From Gemmata obscuriglobus (GTDB lineage Bacteria; Planctomycetota; Planctomycetia; Gemmatales; Gemmataceae), in the NCBI RefSeq assembly GCF_008065095.1, contig NZ_CP042911.1:6930001-6962000 (forward strand): a stretch of DNA of 32,000 bases, written 5' to 3'. The notes under the pieces were generated by a model. That model was not told where the DNA came from, ran no database searches, and saw nothing but the letters and a program-made list of their open reading frames with translations. Made by a program: the position numbers and the translations under genes. Of the stretch, positions 1 to 8,775 are shown piece after piece; within the stretch, counting starts at the first letter, position 1; the number at the start of each line of letters is the position of its first letter.

Positions 1-830
1 ACCGCACCGCACCGGGCGCACACGCGAAATCGCATGCGCGCCCATACGGGTGCGGTGCTGGTGCTGCACGACACCACCGAACTGGATTACTCGGGCCGGG
101 CGTTGCCGCGCATGGGGCCGATCGGCAACGGGCACGGCACCGGTTGGGAGTGCCACAACAGCCTGGCCGTGGACGCGGGCTCCGGGGCGGTCCTGGGGTT
201 GGCCGCCCAGATCCTGCACCGGCGCCCGCCGACCCGATCCAACCGGGGCGAGACCAAAGCCCAGAGGCGTCAGCGGCAGGACCGCGAGAGCCGACTGTGG
301 GTGACGGGGTTAGAGGCCGTGGGCCCGGCCCCGGACGGGCGGCACTGGGTGCATGTGAGCGATCGTGGGTCGGACACGTTCGAGTACCTATCGGCGCTGG
401 TCACCGGGGGGCACCGGTTCGTGGTCCGGTCCCGGCACGACCGGGTGCGATCGGATGAGGCCACATTGCACGCCCACCTGCGGGCGTTGTCGGCGGTGAG
501 CGCCTGGTCTGGGGAGGTGCGGTGTGGCCCGCACGGGGGCTCGACCCGCACCGCGGACCTGTCGGCGGCCGGGGTGCGCGTCGAGTTGCCGGACCCGTCC
601 GGTTCGGCCCCGGCGTTGGGGGTGTGGGCGTTGCGGGTGTGGGAACCGAACCCGCCGGACGGTGTCGACCCGGTGGAGTGGTTCCTGCTCACCGATCGGG
701 CCCTGGACACGGCCGCGGGGTTACGTGAGGTGGCCGGTTGGTATTGTCAACGGCCGATCATTGAGGAGTATCACAAGGCTCTCAAGAGCGGGTGCGGCGT
801 GGAGGAGTTGGGGCACCGCACTCCGGAGAC
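1..830 (+). pseudogene. IS4-family (Tn5/IS50-like) DDE transposase, 5' portion. The N-terminus lies upstream of the window and the frame is interrupted at 830/831 by an IS66-family insertion.
   Basis: Frame 1 is open from base 1, so the ATG at 34 is probably internal. VLVLHDTTELDY looks like the first DDE Asp region. QRPIIEEYHKALKSGCGVEE matches the Tn5 IEEFHKAWKTGAGAE signature. Sense is lost exactly where the IS66-type IR starts at 831. Confidence 0.8.
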
Positions 831-2287
831 GTACTTGTTTAGCGCGCCGGTAGTAGCACAGGGCGAGGTAGGAGCCGGTTGCCGAACCATCGCAACGTTT
901 GGCTGATGTGATCCACGACCGAGAGGGTCCGGCGGCGGCACGTCTCGAACACGGACATCAACACGCCTTGCGCCTTCGCGCCCGCGGCGGTCCGGTTCCC
1001 GCCCCACACCTTGCGGTTCACAACCGCGGGGCGAATCGCCTGCTCGGCCTTCCAGTTGGTGGGCTCGACCCGCGGGTCGAACACGAATGTAAACCACTGC
1101 TCGAAATGGTTCCACAGGTGCTTCGCCAGCGTCACGTACGCCGGCACCGCCCGCGGTCGCGTCACCAGTTCCAGCAGGCGGTCGTCGAACTGCGACCGTG
1201 CGCGTCCCGTTGGTCGTCGGTCCACGTCCCCGGCGCGTACTCATTCCGCCAGTGGATCGCCTCGGTGAACCGCGCGATCACCTGGCGCGGGAACCGCACG
1301 GCCCCGCGGGTCCCCCGCTCCAGCAGTTCCCGCGCGCGGCGGAGCACATGGGCCAGGCACTGCTGGTGGATCGCCCCCTCGAATCGCTCGTAGGAGGCGA
1401 ACCCGTCGTGGCTCAGGACGCCCGACCAGTCCGCCCCGATCACCCGCTCCAGGGCGTCGGCACTGCGTTTCGAGTCGACGCCGTAAGCCGTGGCCCGGTC
1501 GGCGACCCACGCGTGGAGCCAGGCCGGGTGCCCTCCGATCCGCCAACCCGTCTCGTCGGCCGCAATCTGCTCGGACGCCCGCACCTCGCCGAGGATCAGG
1601 TGGTAGTCCGGCTCCAGCCGCGTGGCGGCCCGTAGGCCGATCTGGGCGCTGGCCCCGCGCGTCAGCGTGATGCCGAACAGGGTCTCGAAGACCGACGCGA
1701 CCTTGCCGTGCGACAGCCCCATCTGGGTGTGCAGGAGCGCCGCCGCGGTCTGAGCGTCCGGGCCGACCTGGCTGGCCGCCGCGCCCAGGGCGTCGGACGT
1801 CTGGAGCGGGTGCCGGCCCTGGGTCCGCTTCCCGCACGCCTCACAGTGCCCGATGTGGATACGGAACTTGCGGATCAGCGGCTGGCGTGGGATCTCGGTC
1901 TGGAACTGTTCGGCCGTGCCGGTCTCGACGAGCCGGCCCCGGCAGTGCGGGCACGCGTCGGGGAGGTCGGCCTCGTGGCACTCGGCGACCTGTTCGGGTG
2001 GGGGCGGCGAGCGGTGACCGTGCTTGCCGTGGACATCGCCCGACTTGCGGCCGGGTGGCTTCGGGTTCGGCTTGGGCGGGCCCTTGCGGAACGGAGCGGC
2101 CTGCCGCTTGCCGGCGCGCGTGGCCTCGTCCAGCCGCCGGGTCAGTTCGGCGACCTGGGCCGTGAGTTCGGCGACTTGCTTGGAGAGGTCCCGGCAACCG
2201 GGACACACGAGCTCGTCCATACCGCGATGTTACCAAATCGGCCACCGATCCGCTGCACCCCCGCTGACAGGAGCGCTAAACAAGTAC
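831..2287 (-). mobile_element. IS66-family insertion sequence (1457 bp, transposase-only type) inserted into the IS4 transposase gene
   Basis: Perfect 15-bp terminal inverted repeats GTACTTGTTTAGCGC (831-845) and GCGCTAAACAAGTAC (2273-2287). They are flanked by the direct 8-bp duplication CCGGAGAC (823-830 and 2288-2295); 8 bp is the usual IS66 target duplication length. Confidence 0.85.
839..2220 (-). pseudogene. IS66-family transposase split into two overlapping frames (1162..2220 and 839..1225)
   Basis: ORF 1162..2220 has an N-terminal coiled coil (QVAELTAQVAELTRRL), a zinc finger CPHCRG...CEACG and the DDE core. ORF 839..1225, in another frame, holds the conserved IS66 C-terminus FVFDPRVEPTNWKAEQAIRPAVVNRKVWGGNRT. 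The two frames overlap at 1162-1225, which implies one indel. Confidence 0.75.
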
Positions 2288-2626
2288 CCGGAGACGTTGT
2301 CCGCGGCGGTGGGGGGGCTGAGCGTGGTGGCGGTGGGCCTGCTGGGCCTGCGGGACGCGGCCCGGGACTCGACCCAGAGCGCTCAACCGGCGGCCCCACT
2401 GGTGGGAGCCACCGCGGTCGAGGCGCTGAGCATCTGGCGCACCGGGCGGTCCGAGCCCAACTGGTCCGTGGGGGCGTTCGTGCTGGCGCTCGGGCGATTG
2501 GGCGGGCACATGAACCGACGACGGGATGGAGTGCCCGGCTGGCTCACCCTCTGGCGCGGCCTTCGAAAGCTCACCCCCATGATCCACGTACTCAAAAAGG
2601 CAAGGCCAACTTGTGGCATAACATGA
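2288..2626 (+). pseudogene. IS4-family (Tn5-like) transposase, 3' portion resuming after the IS66 insertion
   Basis: Reading from the second CCGGAGAC copy gives PETLSAAVGGLSVVAVGLLGLRD...LGGHMNRRRDGVPGWLTLWRGLRKL. This resembles the Tn5 SILSFVAVRLLQLRE region and the C-terminal dimerisation region. Deleting 831-2295 in silico restores one continuous frame. Confidence 0.8.
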
Positions 2627-2781
2627 GCTCTTAACCCCAATACCGTTCAATCGGGGGTTTACGACAGTAGGGCTTCCAAGCAAGCTGGTGTTTACCACAA
2701 ATAGGCCATTCACCATGCCCGCTCTCGATCATAAAGTGCCTTCTGGTAACGACTTGATGAGCCCGAGGTGCCGAGGAAATG

Positions 2782-2955
2782 ATGATCCTATGCTCCACAT
2801 TTGATCGTTTCGTGAATGGTAGCCCCATTAGCGTGATGGCTCGGGCGGCCGTCGAACATGCCCTTTGTGCGTCCGCCCTGGATGAACTATTCGACCGCAC
2901 CGCCGAGCGAGGTTATATACCCTACCCGGCCAGCACTGTACTTTGCGCGAAGTTA
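2782..2955 (+). pseudogene. Short 5' remnant of another transposase-like gene, cut off at the IS701-family element
   Basis: ATG at 2782 with GAGG 6 nt upstream. MILCSTFDRFVNGSPISVMARAAVEHALCASALDELFDRTAERGY resembles, from memory only, N-termini of IS4-type DDE transposases. A stop occurs just before the IR at 2956, and no continuation is seen after 4460. Confidence 0.3.
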
Positions 2956-4460
2956 TAGCACTACAGCGCTACTTTGACCTAACTGTAGATTTTGCCGGCC
3001 GTTTCGGCTTTGGCGTTCTTGGTATTTTGCGCGTTCGTGGCTGAACGACGCGTCGTTGTTTGGACGCGGTGGCGGCCCGATTGCGGCGCTGGTGGTACGC
3101 GATGACCTCCAACACCCAGACCCGTGTCGTGGTCTCCCGGGCCCGCTCGAGCCACTCGCGGCTCAGTAGGGCCAGGGCCCGGCACACCTGCTCCGCGGTC
3201 ACCTGGGGATTTTTCCCCCCGCAGTTGTTGGGTGTGTTCGGCCACGAACCCGAGCATGGCCACGCACAGACCCAGGTGCCGCCGCAGGGCCACATAGTTG
3301 CGGCCCTCGAAGTGGGTGAACCCGAGCTCCGATTTACAGATCCGGAACACGTGCTCCACGGCCGCCCGGCGGAACCCGACTCGGACCAGGGCCTCGGCCG
3401 TGGACCCGACCGGGGCGTTGGACACCAGGAACTTCTCCTCGCCCGTCTGGTCGCTGCACGCCCACACCAACCAGTACGGACCCGGCGACCAACCGGCCGC
3501 GCCCGAGGCCCACACCCGGACCCGCTTGGCCCGCCACACCTGGTCCTCGGCGGTGGCCCGGGACAGGCGCAGGATCTGCCACTCCTGGGACCGGAATGCG
3601 CCCGCCTGGCGGACCACGTCCCGGGCCTCTTGGCCCTTCACCCCGGGGACCGGTTGGGCCCCCGAGCGGGCCACCACGCGGCACGAGAACGTGGACGGCA
3701 CCTCGCCCACGAACGCCTGCGTGCGGTCGTCCAGGCCCCGCAGGAGCTCGGGGCTCTTGCCGTACTCGCTGTCGAACGTGAGCCAATCCAGGTGCACCCC
3801 ATTGGCCCGGGCCCGGTCCACCTGTTCCAGGGCCATGCGCCACTTGGGCCGGTGCACCACGTCGTCGGGAATACCCGCGGACCGGCACCGCGAGCGGTCC
3901 TCGGACCAGTCGGCCGGCAGGTACAGGTCGGCGTCCAGGAGGGCCCGGTACGAGCCCCGGGTGACACCCAGGTGCACGGTCACGATGCCGTTGTCCACCT
4001 TGCCCACGCACCCCAGGTACTGGCGACCCACCCCGGGTGTCTTGGTCCCTTTCTTGACCGCGCGGGTCTCGTCGATGAGCCCGACCGTGCCGGTGTCGGC
4101 GCCCGATTCCGCGAGCAACACGCGGGCGATCCGCTTCGGCACGTCGTGTCCCAGGGCCGCATGGCCCCACTGGTGATCCCGGAGGAACTCCTGGAGCGTT
4201 CGCACCGGGGTGCCCGCGGCCAAGGCCACCGGCTCGGCCGTCTTCCGAGGCAGGTCCGATAGCAACCCGCGGGAGTACGTGCGCAGGTGCTCGAACGTCG
4301 GGGCCGATCGGACGTGGGCTCGGAAACCCTCCAGGAACGTCGCCAGCGCCGGGCCCAGGGCCTCCAGTTGAGCTCCCGTCATCGCATCCCTCCTCAGTGC
4401 CGGGAAGCTATTTTAGTTCAAATCAACGCACTACTTGCGACTTTTAGCGCTGTAGTGCTA
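2956..4460 (-). mobile_element. IS701-family insertion sequence (1505 bp)
   Basis: Perfect 16-bp terminal inverted repeats TAGCACTACAGCGCTA (2956-2971) and TAGCGCTGTAGTGCTA (4445-4460) enclose a single IS701-type transposase gene. No flanking direct repeat is visible. Confidence 0.75.
2979..4382 (-). CDS. IS701-family DDE transposase, probably frameshifted near its 3' end
   Basis: 467-aa ORF with typical IS701 features: LIDETRAVKKGTKTPGVGRQYLGCVGKVDNGIVTVHL, DSEYGKS, VEHVFRICKSELGFTHFEGRNY. After ...QQLRGE the sensible continuation (KNPQVTAEQVCRALALLSREWLERA) lies in the other frame (ORF 2969..3295). The switch is at the run GGGGATTTTTCCCCCC (3205-3220). Confidence 0.75.
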   Translation of the reverse strand: MTGAQLEALGPALATFLEGFRAHVRSAPTFEHLRTYSRGLLSDLPRKTAEPVALAAGTPVRTLQEFLRDHQWGHAALGHDVPKRIARVLLAESGADTGTVGLIDETRAVKKGTKTPGVGRQYLGCVGKVDNGIVTVHLGVTRGSYRALLDADLYLPADWSEDRSRCRSAGIPDDVVHRPKWRMALEQVDRARANGVHLDWLTFDSEYGKSPELLRGLDDRTQAFVGEVPSTFSCRVVARSGAQPVPGVKGQEARDVVRQAGAFRSQEWQILRLSRATAEDQVWRAKRVRVWASGAAGWSPGPYWLVWACSDQTGEEKFLVSNAPVGSTAEALVRVGFRRAAVEHVFRICKSELGFTHFEGRNYVALRRHLGLCVAMLGFVAEHTQQLRGEKSPGDRGAGVPGPGPTEPRVARAGPGDHDTGLGVGGHRVPPAPQSGRHRVQTTTRRSATNAQNTKNAKAETAGKIYS

Positions 4461-4546
4461 CCACCCCATAAGTCAACTGCGTAAGTCCTACTTGCTTCTT
4501 GGGTGCGACGAATTCGCCGGACTCGCCGCGCCGGATTGAGTGCGCT

Positions 4547-7500
4547 TCACACCGGCGTGGCCCCCGCCGGCGGGCGGTACAGCTTGAGCGCGTGCCCGCA
4601 CACCTCCACCGCGCCGACGAGTTCACTGCACAGATCGCGCAGCGCCTTCCACAGCGCCGCCGACTCGTAGTGTTCCACCTCGGCCGGGATGTGGTCCAGC
4701 AGCGCCCGCGAGCACACCACCACGAGCCGGTCCTGAACGCGCGAGAACGCCACGTTCGCCCGGTTCAGGTTCAGCACGAACCCCGCGTTGGCCGCGACCG
4801 CGGTGGGGTCGCTCACCGTGCCGGACACGATCACCGTCGGACGCTCGCCCCCCTGGAGGCGCTCCACGGTGTCGATCACCCCGACCGCGCCGCCCGGCGC
4901 CGTGTGCGCCGCCAGTCGCGTCGCCAGCAGGCTCCGCTGTGCCCGGTGCGGGGTGATGACCGCCACCGAGCCCGCGGTCAGTGCCGGCGCCGCAGCCAGT
5001 AGCGCCTCGATCGCGGAAACTTCGACCTGGTTGCTGCGCCGCGAACCGGCCTCGTCGTGGATCGCGAGGAACAGCCCCACGTTCCAGCGCCACACCTCCG
5101 ACCACACGCCCCCGCCCCCCTCGGCGCCGGCAACGGGCGCGCGTGGCAGCCCTGCGAGTTCGATGCGATCCTTGCGGTAGATGCGCCCGATCAGCTCGCG
5201 CACGACGGGCGGAAGTCGGAACGTGAGCCGCAGCCCGGACCACATCGCGCCGCCCGCTGGTACGTGGGCATCAATGATCCGCCGGACCGCGTCGTAGGCA
5301 CTGGCGAACGGCTGGTACAGCACCGCGGGCGGGCGGTCCTCGGCCTCCCAGTCGTGCGCCGTGATCGGCGCCAGTTGGCGGTGGTCGCCGGCGAGCAGGA
5401 TCTGTCCCTTCGGGGCCACCAGCGTAGCGAGCGCGAGGAAGTGCGGGAACACCATCATCGACGCCTCATCGACCACGAGCAGCGATGTCTGGAGCCCTTC
5501 CCCGCCGTTGTAGGTCTTGAGCTTCTCCACCAGCGGCGCGAGCTTCAACAGCCCCGCCGTCGTCCCGCCGATCACCGCCACGCCGCCCGCCGACAGCTCC
5601 GTCAGCTTCTTCTTGGTGCCCAGCAGAGCGGCCGGAATGTTCTCCACCGCCCCGCCCGCGATGTGCTGGCTCGGATCGTTGGTGTGAACCTTAACCAACC
5701 GTATTGGAAGGAGCCGGCGCCCGGCGCCCGCGGCGTGGGTGCGGAACGGTTCGAGGTAGCGGTCGATGCGCTCGAGCAGGTTGTCGAGCGCGGTGTGCGT
5801 GTGCGCCGACAGCAGCACGACGTCTCCAGGGCGCCCCGCGACCAGCACCCGCAGGAGCACGGCCAAAGCGGTCGTGGTAGTCTTCCCGGTCCCCGGCGGC
5901 CCCTGAATCAGTTGCACGCGCGTCGAAAGGCCGTCCACCGCCGCACGCGCCTGGTCGGGCGACGCCGGGTACATTCCCCCGGGCGGGAGCAAGAACGTGT
6001 CCAGCAGCTTCTGAAGCACGGTTGATTCCGCGTCCGGAAGCGGCGGCACGATCGGCGGGCGCGGGTCCACCGGGTCGAACCACGCGTACACGTGGCTCGG
6101 GCGCTGGAGCCGCTCGTCCACCCGCCCCGCGACGTAGTCCGACACGTTCTCGTCGAGCGTCGCGTACCCGCGGTCGAACAGCACCTCGGCCTTCTTGCTC
6201 GCCCCGCTCGACAGCAGGTAGCGGTCCTCCTCGGCGTACATCGCGTCGAGCGTGACCTGCCCGGTCTTCCAGTTCACATCACGCACCACACAGGTGCGCC
6301 CGACCGCCGAAGTGAGCTGCGCGACCGCCTGCCCCTGCTTCGGGTCGCCGTTCCAGGGCGAGAGGCGCGCGAACGCGCCCGGCCCGAACTGGCACCGGGC
6401 TTCGAGGTCCGCGAGCTTCAGCCCGCCGAACGCGAACAGCTCGATCACGCCCGTGATCGTGCTCTTGTCCGCACCCACCTTCACCTGCTTGAGCGGGAGC
6501 GTGCGGCCCGCCGGAACGCGGCCGATCGGCGGCACCAAGTGCATCGCCACCCAGTCCGAGCGCCGCACGTGCTGGTCGAGCCGGAGGAAGTCCGTGGCGG
6601 CGCGGGCCACGCCGTCGCGGCCGAGCTTGAACGCCGGTAGCGCCTTCGGGTCGAGCGGCGCCTTTTCGATCCCCGGGTTTTTCGGCCCAATGCACTCTTC
6701 GAGCCAGCGGAGCGCTTGCACGCGGGCCAGCAGGTACGCTTCGAGCAGCCCCGGCGCCCCGGCCACGCGGTAGCGCTGAACCGCCTCTTGTGCCCGCGGG
6801 TCGCTGTCGGGCAGTGTGCCCCAGACGGCGTGCCAGTATGGTGCCGGCAGCCCGTCGCCGAACCGGGCGCGGACTTCAAATGTGTGCTTCGCACCGGCCC
6901 CTTCTGTGGTCCAGTCGCCGTTGGGCGCGATGTCGAGATCGGCCACGAAGTCGAAGACGCCTTGCGCGAACACCCGGGACAGGTCGCACGCCGCGCCGTT
7001 CACCGCGCGCGTCCAGTGGAACCGCCGCCCGGCCCACTCCAGGGAAGCGACCACGCCCAGCCCGCGCCCGGTCCAGCCGAGCGCGTACCGGCGGTTCACC
7101 TCTTCGCGAACGGCCGAGTACATCTGCTGTTCCAGCCCCTCGCGGCAACCGAACAACTGGCGCACCGGGCCGAGCAGTTCCGGCCCCGCCCGGCAGCACC
7201 CCTCAATGAGGTAGCGCACGTCCGACCGCGACCACACGTAAAAGTGAACCGGCGCCGGCTCGCCCCCGGCCGCCCGGGCGATCACCCCCGCGAGCCGGTC
7301 GAAGAACCGGCGGATCAGTTCGCCCTCGGCGGCGGTGTCGGCCGCGTAGTCCGTTCCGCTCCACGGGACCGGTTGGAACTCCACCACCTCGCCCTCACCG
7401 TGGAGTGGGCGGCACTCGTGAACCGGCTTCCCGAAGCGGTCCTTTCCGCTCTCGGTCAGCTCCTGAACACCCGGAACCGGCGCGCCGTCGGCGAACGGCG

Positions 7501-8686
7501 TGTCGATGCGCTGGGGGCCGCGGGTAACGTGCGCGGCCAGCGCCCCAACCCGGTTCTCGGTGTAGTCGTAATCGACCGCCAGGTACACGCGCAGGAGCCG
7601 CGTGCCGTTGGCCTCGTGCGGCGGCAGGTGCCCGACGCCGGTGTTCGGAACCGGCTCGACTCCGGAACTCGGCACCGGGCGCGAACCGGGGAGCACGGGC
7701 AGCGTGTGCAGACGCGTGCGGGCGCGCAATCGCAGCACATCCAGGCTTTCCGTGAACCCGGGATCGCGGGCCAGCGCCTCGATCTTCGGCTCGAACATCG
7801 GCGGGTTGGCGAGCTGGTCCAGGGTGCCCAGCCCGGCGCCGCGGAGCAGCCGCGTGGTCACGGGGTCGATGCCGAGCAGCTCCACCTGGCGCAACCGCGC
7901 GCTTTCGGCCATGCAGTGCGGGGCGAACGTGCAGCCGTCGCACTTAGTATCGATCTGGAACCCCAGCTCCGCGAGCGGGCGCGACGCCGCGGCATCGAGC
8001 CGCCCGCCCGGCGCGAGCAGGCGCACGAGGTCGGCCTCTTCGTGCGCCAGGTCGAGCGCCGGGAGCGCGAGGATGGACTGGGTGGTGTTGCGTTCGGGGT
8101 CGAGGCGTGCGACCACGCACTCGATCGCCTCGGGCGCCACCGCCGCGCCGCCGATCACCACCGGTCGGCCGCCGAGCAGCCCGCGGAGCAGCACCCGGTA
8201 CGCGGTCACCTGCACGCGGTGGTAGGTGCGGTCGCGGCGGCTGGCCTTACACTCCACCAGCACCAGCACCGGCCCGGCGCCGGTCCACTTCACGAGCATG
8301 AAGTCGATGAGCCCGTACACGCGGAACGCGCCGACGGTGCCCCCGACGGCCACCTGGCGCGCGTACCCCGACGCGCCGGGCGGGAGCGCTTCCAGCACCG
8401 CCGCAATGGCGGACCAGGTCACTTCATCCCGCTTCCCCTTCGGGAGCGGCGCGGCCAGGTCGCGAAACCCCGCGGCCTTCAGCTCCGCTTCCCACTGGTT
8501 CTCGCGCCGGCGCCCGAGTTCGGCCAGCACCGGGTCGAGGTCGGTGCGCAGCCGGTCGAAGAACGGGAGCGGCTCCGTCTCGCGCGCGGCGTGGACCGCG
8601 AGGTGGAACCGGCGGTCGCAGGAGTGGTGGCGGACGTACTCCCCGAGGTCGGTGGCGGTGATCGTGAGCCCGGATGGTGCGTTCAA
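4547..8686 (-). CDS. Cas4/RecB-like PD-(D/E)xK Fe-S nuclease fused to an SF1B (Dna2/Upf1-type, AAA_11/AAA_12) helicase, 1379 aa
   Basis: N-terminal nuclease motifs: GLID128F, VE145CK147AS, Q159vtaY163. Four Cys at C23 and C249dgC252tfaphC258 sit in the Cas4/AddB/Dna2 cluster spacing. HhH-like LLGIDPVTTRLLRGAGLGTLDQL. C-terminal helicase motifs: LIQGPPGTGKT (G929), LLVVDEASM, LLAGDHRQLAPI, VITPHRAQ, DTVERLQGGERPTVIVS, NRANVAFSRVQDRLVVV. The first canonical start in the ORF is TTG at 8686. Confidence 0.85.
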   Translation of the reverse strand: MNAPSGLTITATDLGEYVRHHSCDRRFHLAVHAARETEPLPFFDRLRTDLDPVLAELGRRRENQWEAELKAAGFRDLAAPLPKGKRDEVTWSAIAAVLEALPPGASGYARQVAVGGTVGAFRVYGLIDFMLVKWTGAGPVLVLVECKASRRDRTYHRVQVTAYRVLLRGLLGGRPVVIGGAAVAPEAIECVVARLDPERNTTQSILALPALDLAHEEADLVRLLAPGGRLDAAASRPLAELGFQIDTKCDGCTFAPHCMAESARLRQVELLGIDPVTTRLLRGAGLGTLDQLANPPMFEPKIEALARDPGFTESLDVLRLRARTRLHTLPVLPGSRPVPSSGVEPVPNTGVGHLPPHEANGTRLLRVYLAVDYDYTENRVGALAAHVTRGPQRIDTPFADGAPVPGVQELTESGKDRFGKPVHECRPLHGEGEVVEFQPVPWSGTDYAADTAAEGELIRRFFDRLAGVIARAAGGEPAPVHFYVWSRSDVRYLIEGCCRAGPELLGPVRQLFGCREGLEQQMYSAVREEVNRRYALGWTGRGLGVVASLEWAGRRFHWTRAVNGAACDLSRVFAQGVFDFVADLDIAPNGDWTTEGAGAKHTFEVRARFGDGLPAPYWHAVWGTLPDSDPRAQEAVQRYRVAGAPGLLEAYLLARVQALRWLEECIGPKNPGIEKAPLDPKALPAFKLGRDGVARAATDFLRLDQHVRRSDWVAMHLVPPIGRVPAGRTLPLKQVKVGADKSTITGVIELFAFGGLKLADLEARCQFGPGAFARLSPWNGDPKQGQAVAQLTSAVGRTCVVRDVNWKTGQVTLDAMYAEEDRYLLSSGASKKAEVLFDRGYATLDENVSDYVAGRVDERLQRPSHVYAWFDPVDPRPPIVPPLPDAESTVLQKLLDTFLLPPGGMYPASPDQARAAVDGLSTRVQLIQGPPGTGKTTTTALAVLLRVLVAGRPGDVVLLSAHTHTALDNLLERIDRYLEPFRTHAAGAGRRLLPIRLVKVHTNDPSQHIAGGAVENIPAALLGTKKKLTELSAGGVAVIGGTTAGLLKLAPLVEKLKTYNGGEGLQTSLLVVDEASMMVFPHFLALATLVAPKGQILLAGDHRQLAPITAHDWEAEDRPPAVLYQPFASAYDAVRRIIDAHVPAGGAMWSGLRLTFRLPPVVRELIGRIYRKDRIELAGLPRAPVAGAEGGGGVWSEVWRWNVGLFLAIHDEAGSRRSNQVEVSAIEALLAAAPALTAGSVAVITPHRAQRSLLATRLAAHTAPGGAVGVIDTVERLQGGERPTVIVSGTVSDPTAVAANAGFVLNLNRANVAFSRVQDRLVVVCSRALLDHIPAEVEHYESAALWKALRDLCSELVGAVEVCGHALKLYRPPAGATPV

Positions 8687-8775
8687 CGGCGATCCCTGCG
8701 CGGCGATCCGAGAAAACCAACCAATACCACCGAACGCGCGCGGGTCGCAATCTCAGCCGGCGCGCCCGGCGGCCC

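Noticed and set aside
8687-8775. Possible functional coupling of the beta-lactamase-family hydrolase with the nuclease-helicase (same strand, 89-nt gap) as a two-gene system.
   Set aside because: The hydrolase has a signal peptide and is presumably periplasmic, whereas the nuclease-helicase is cytoplasmic. Co-transcription is possible, but a functional system is not supported by anything in the sequence.
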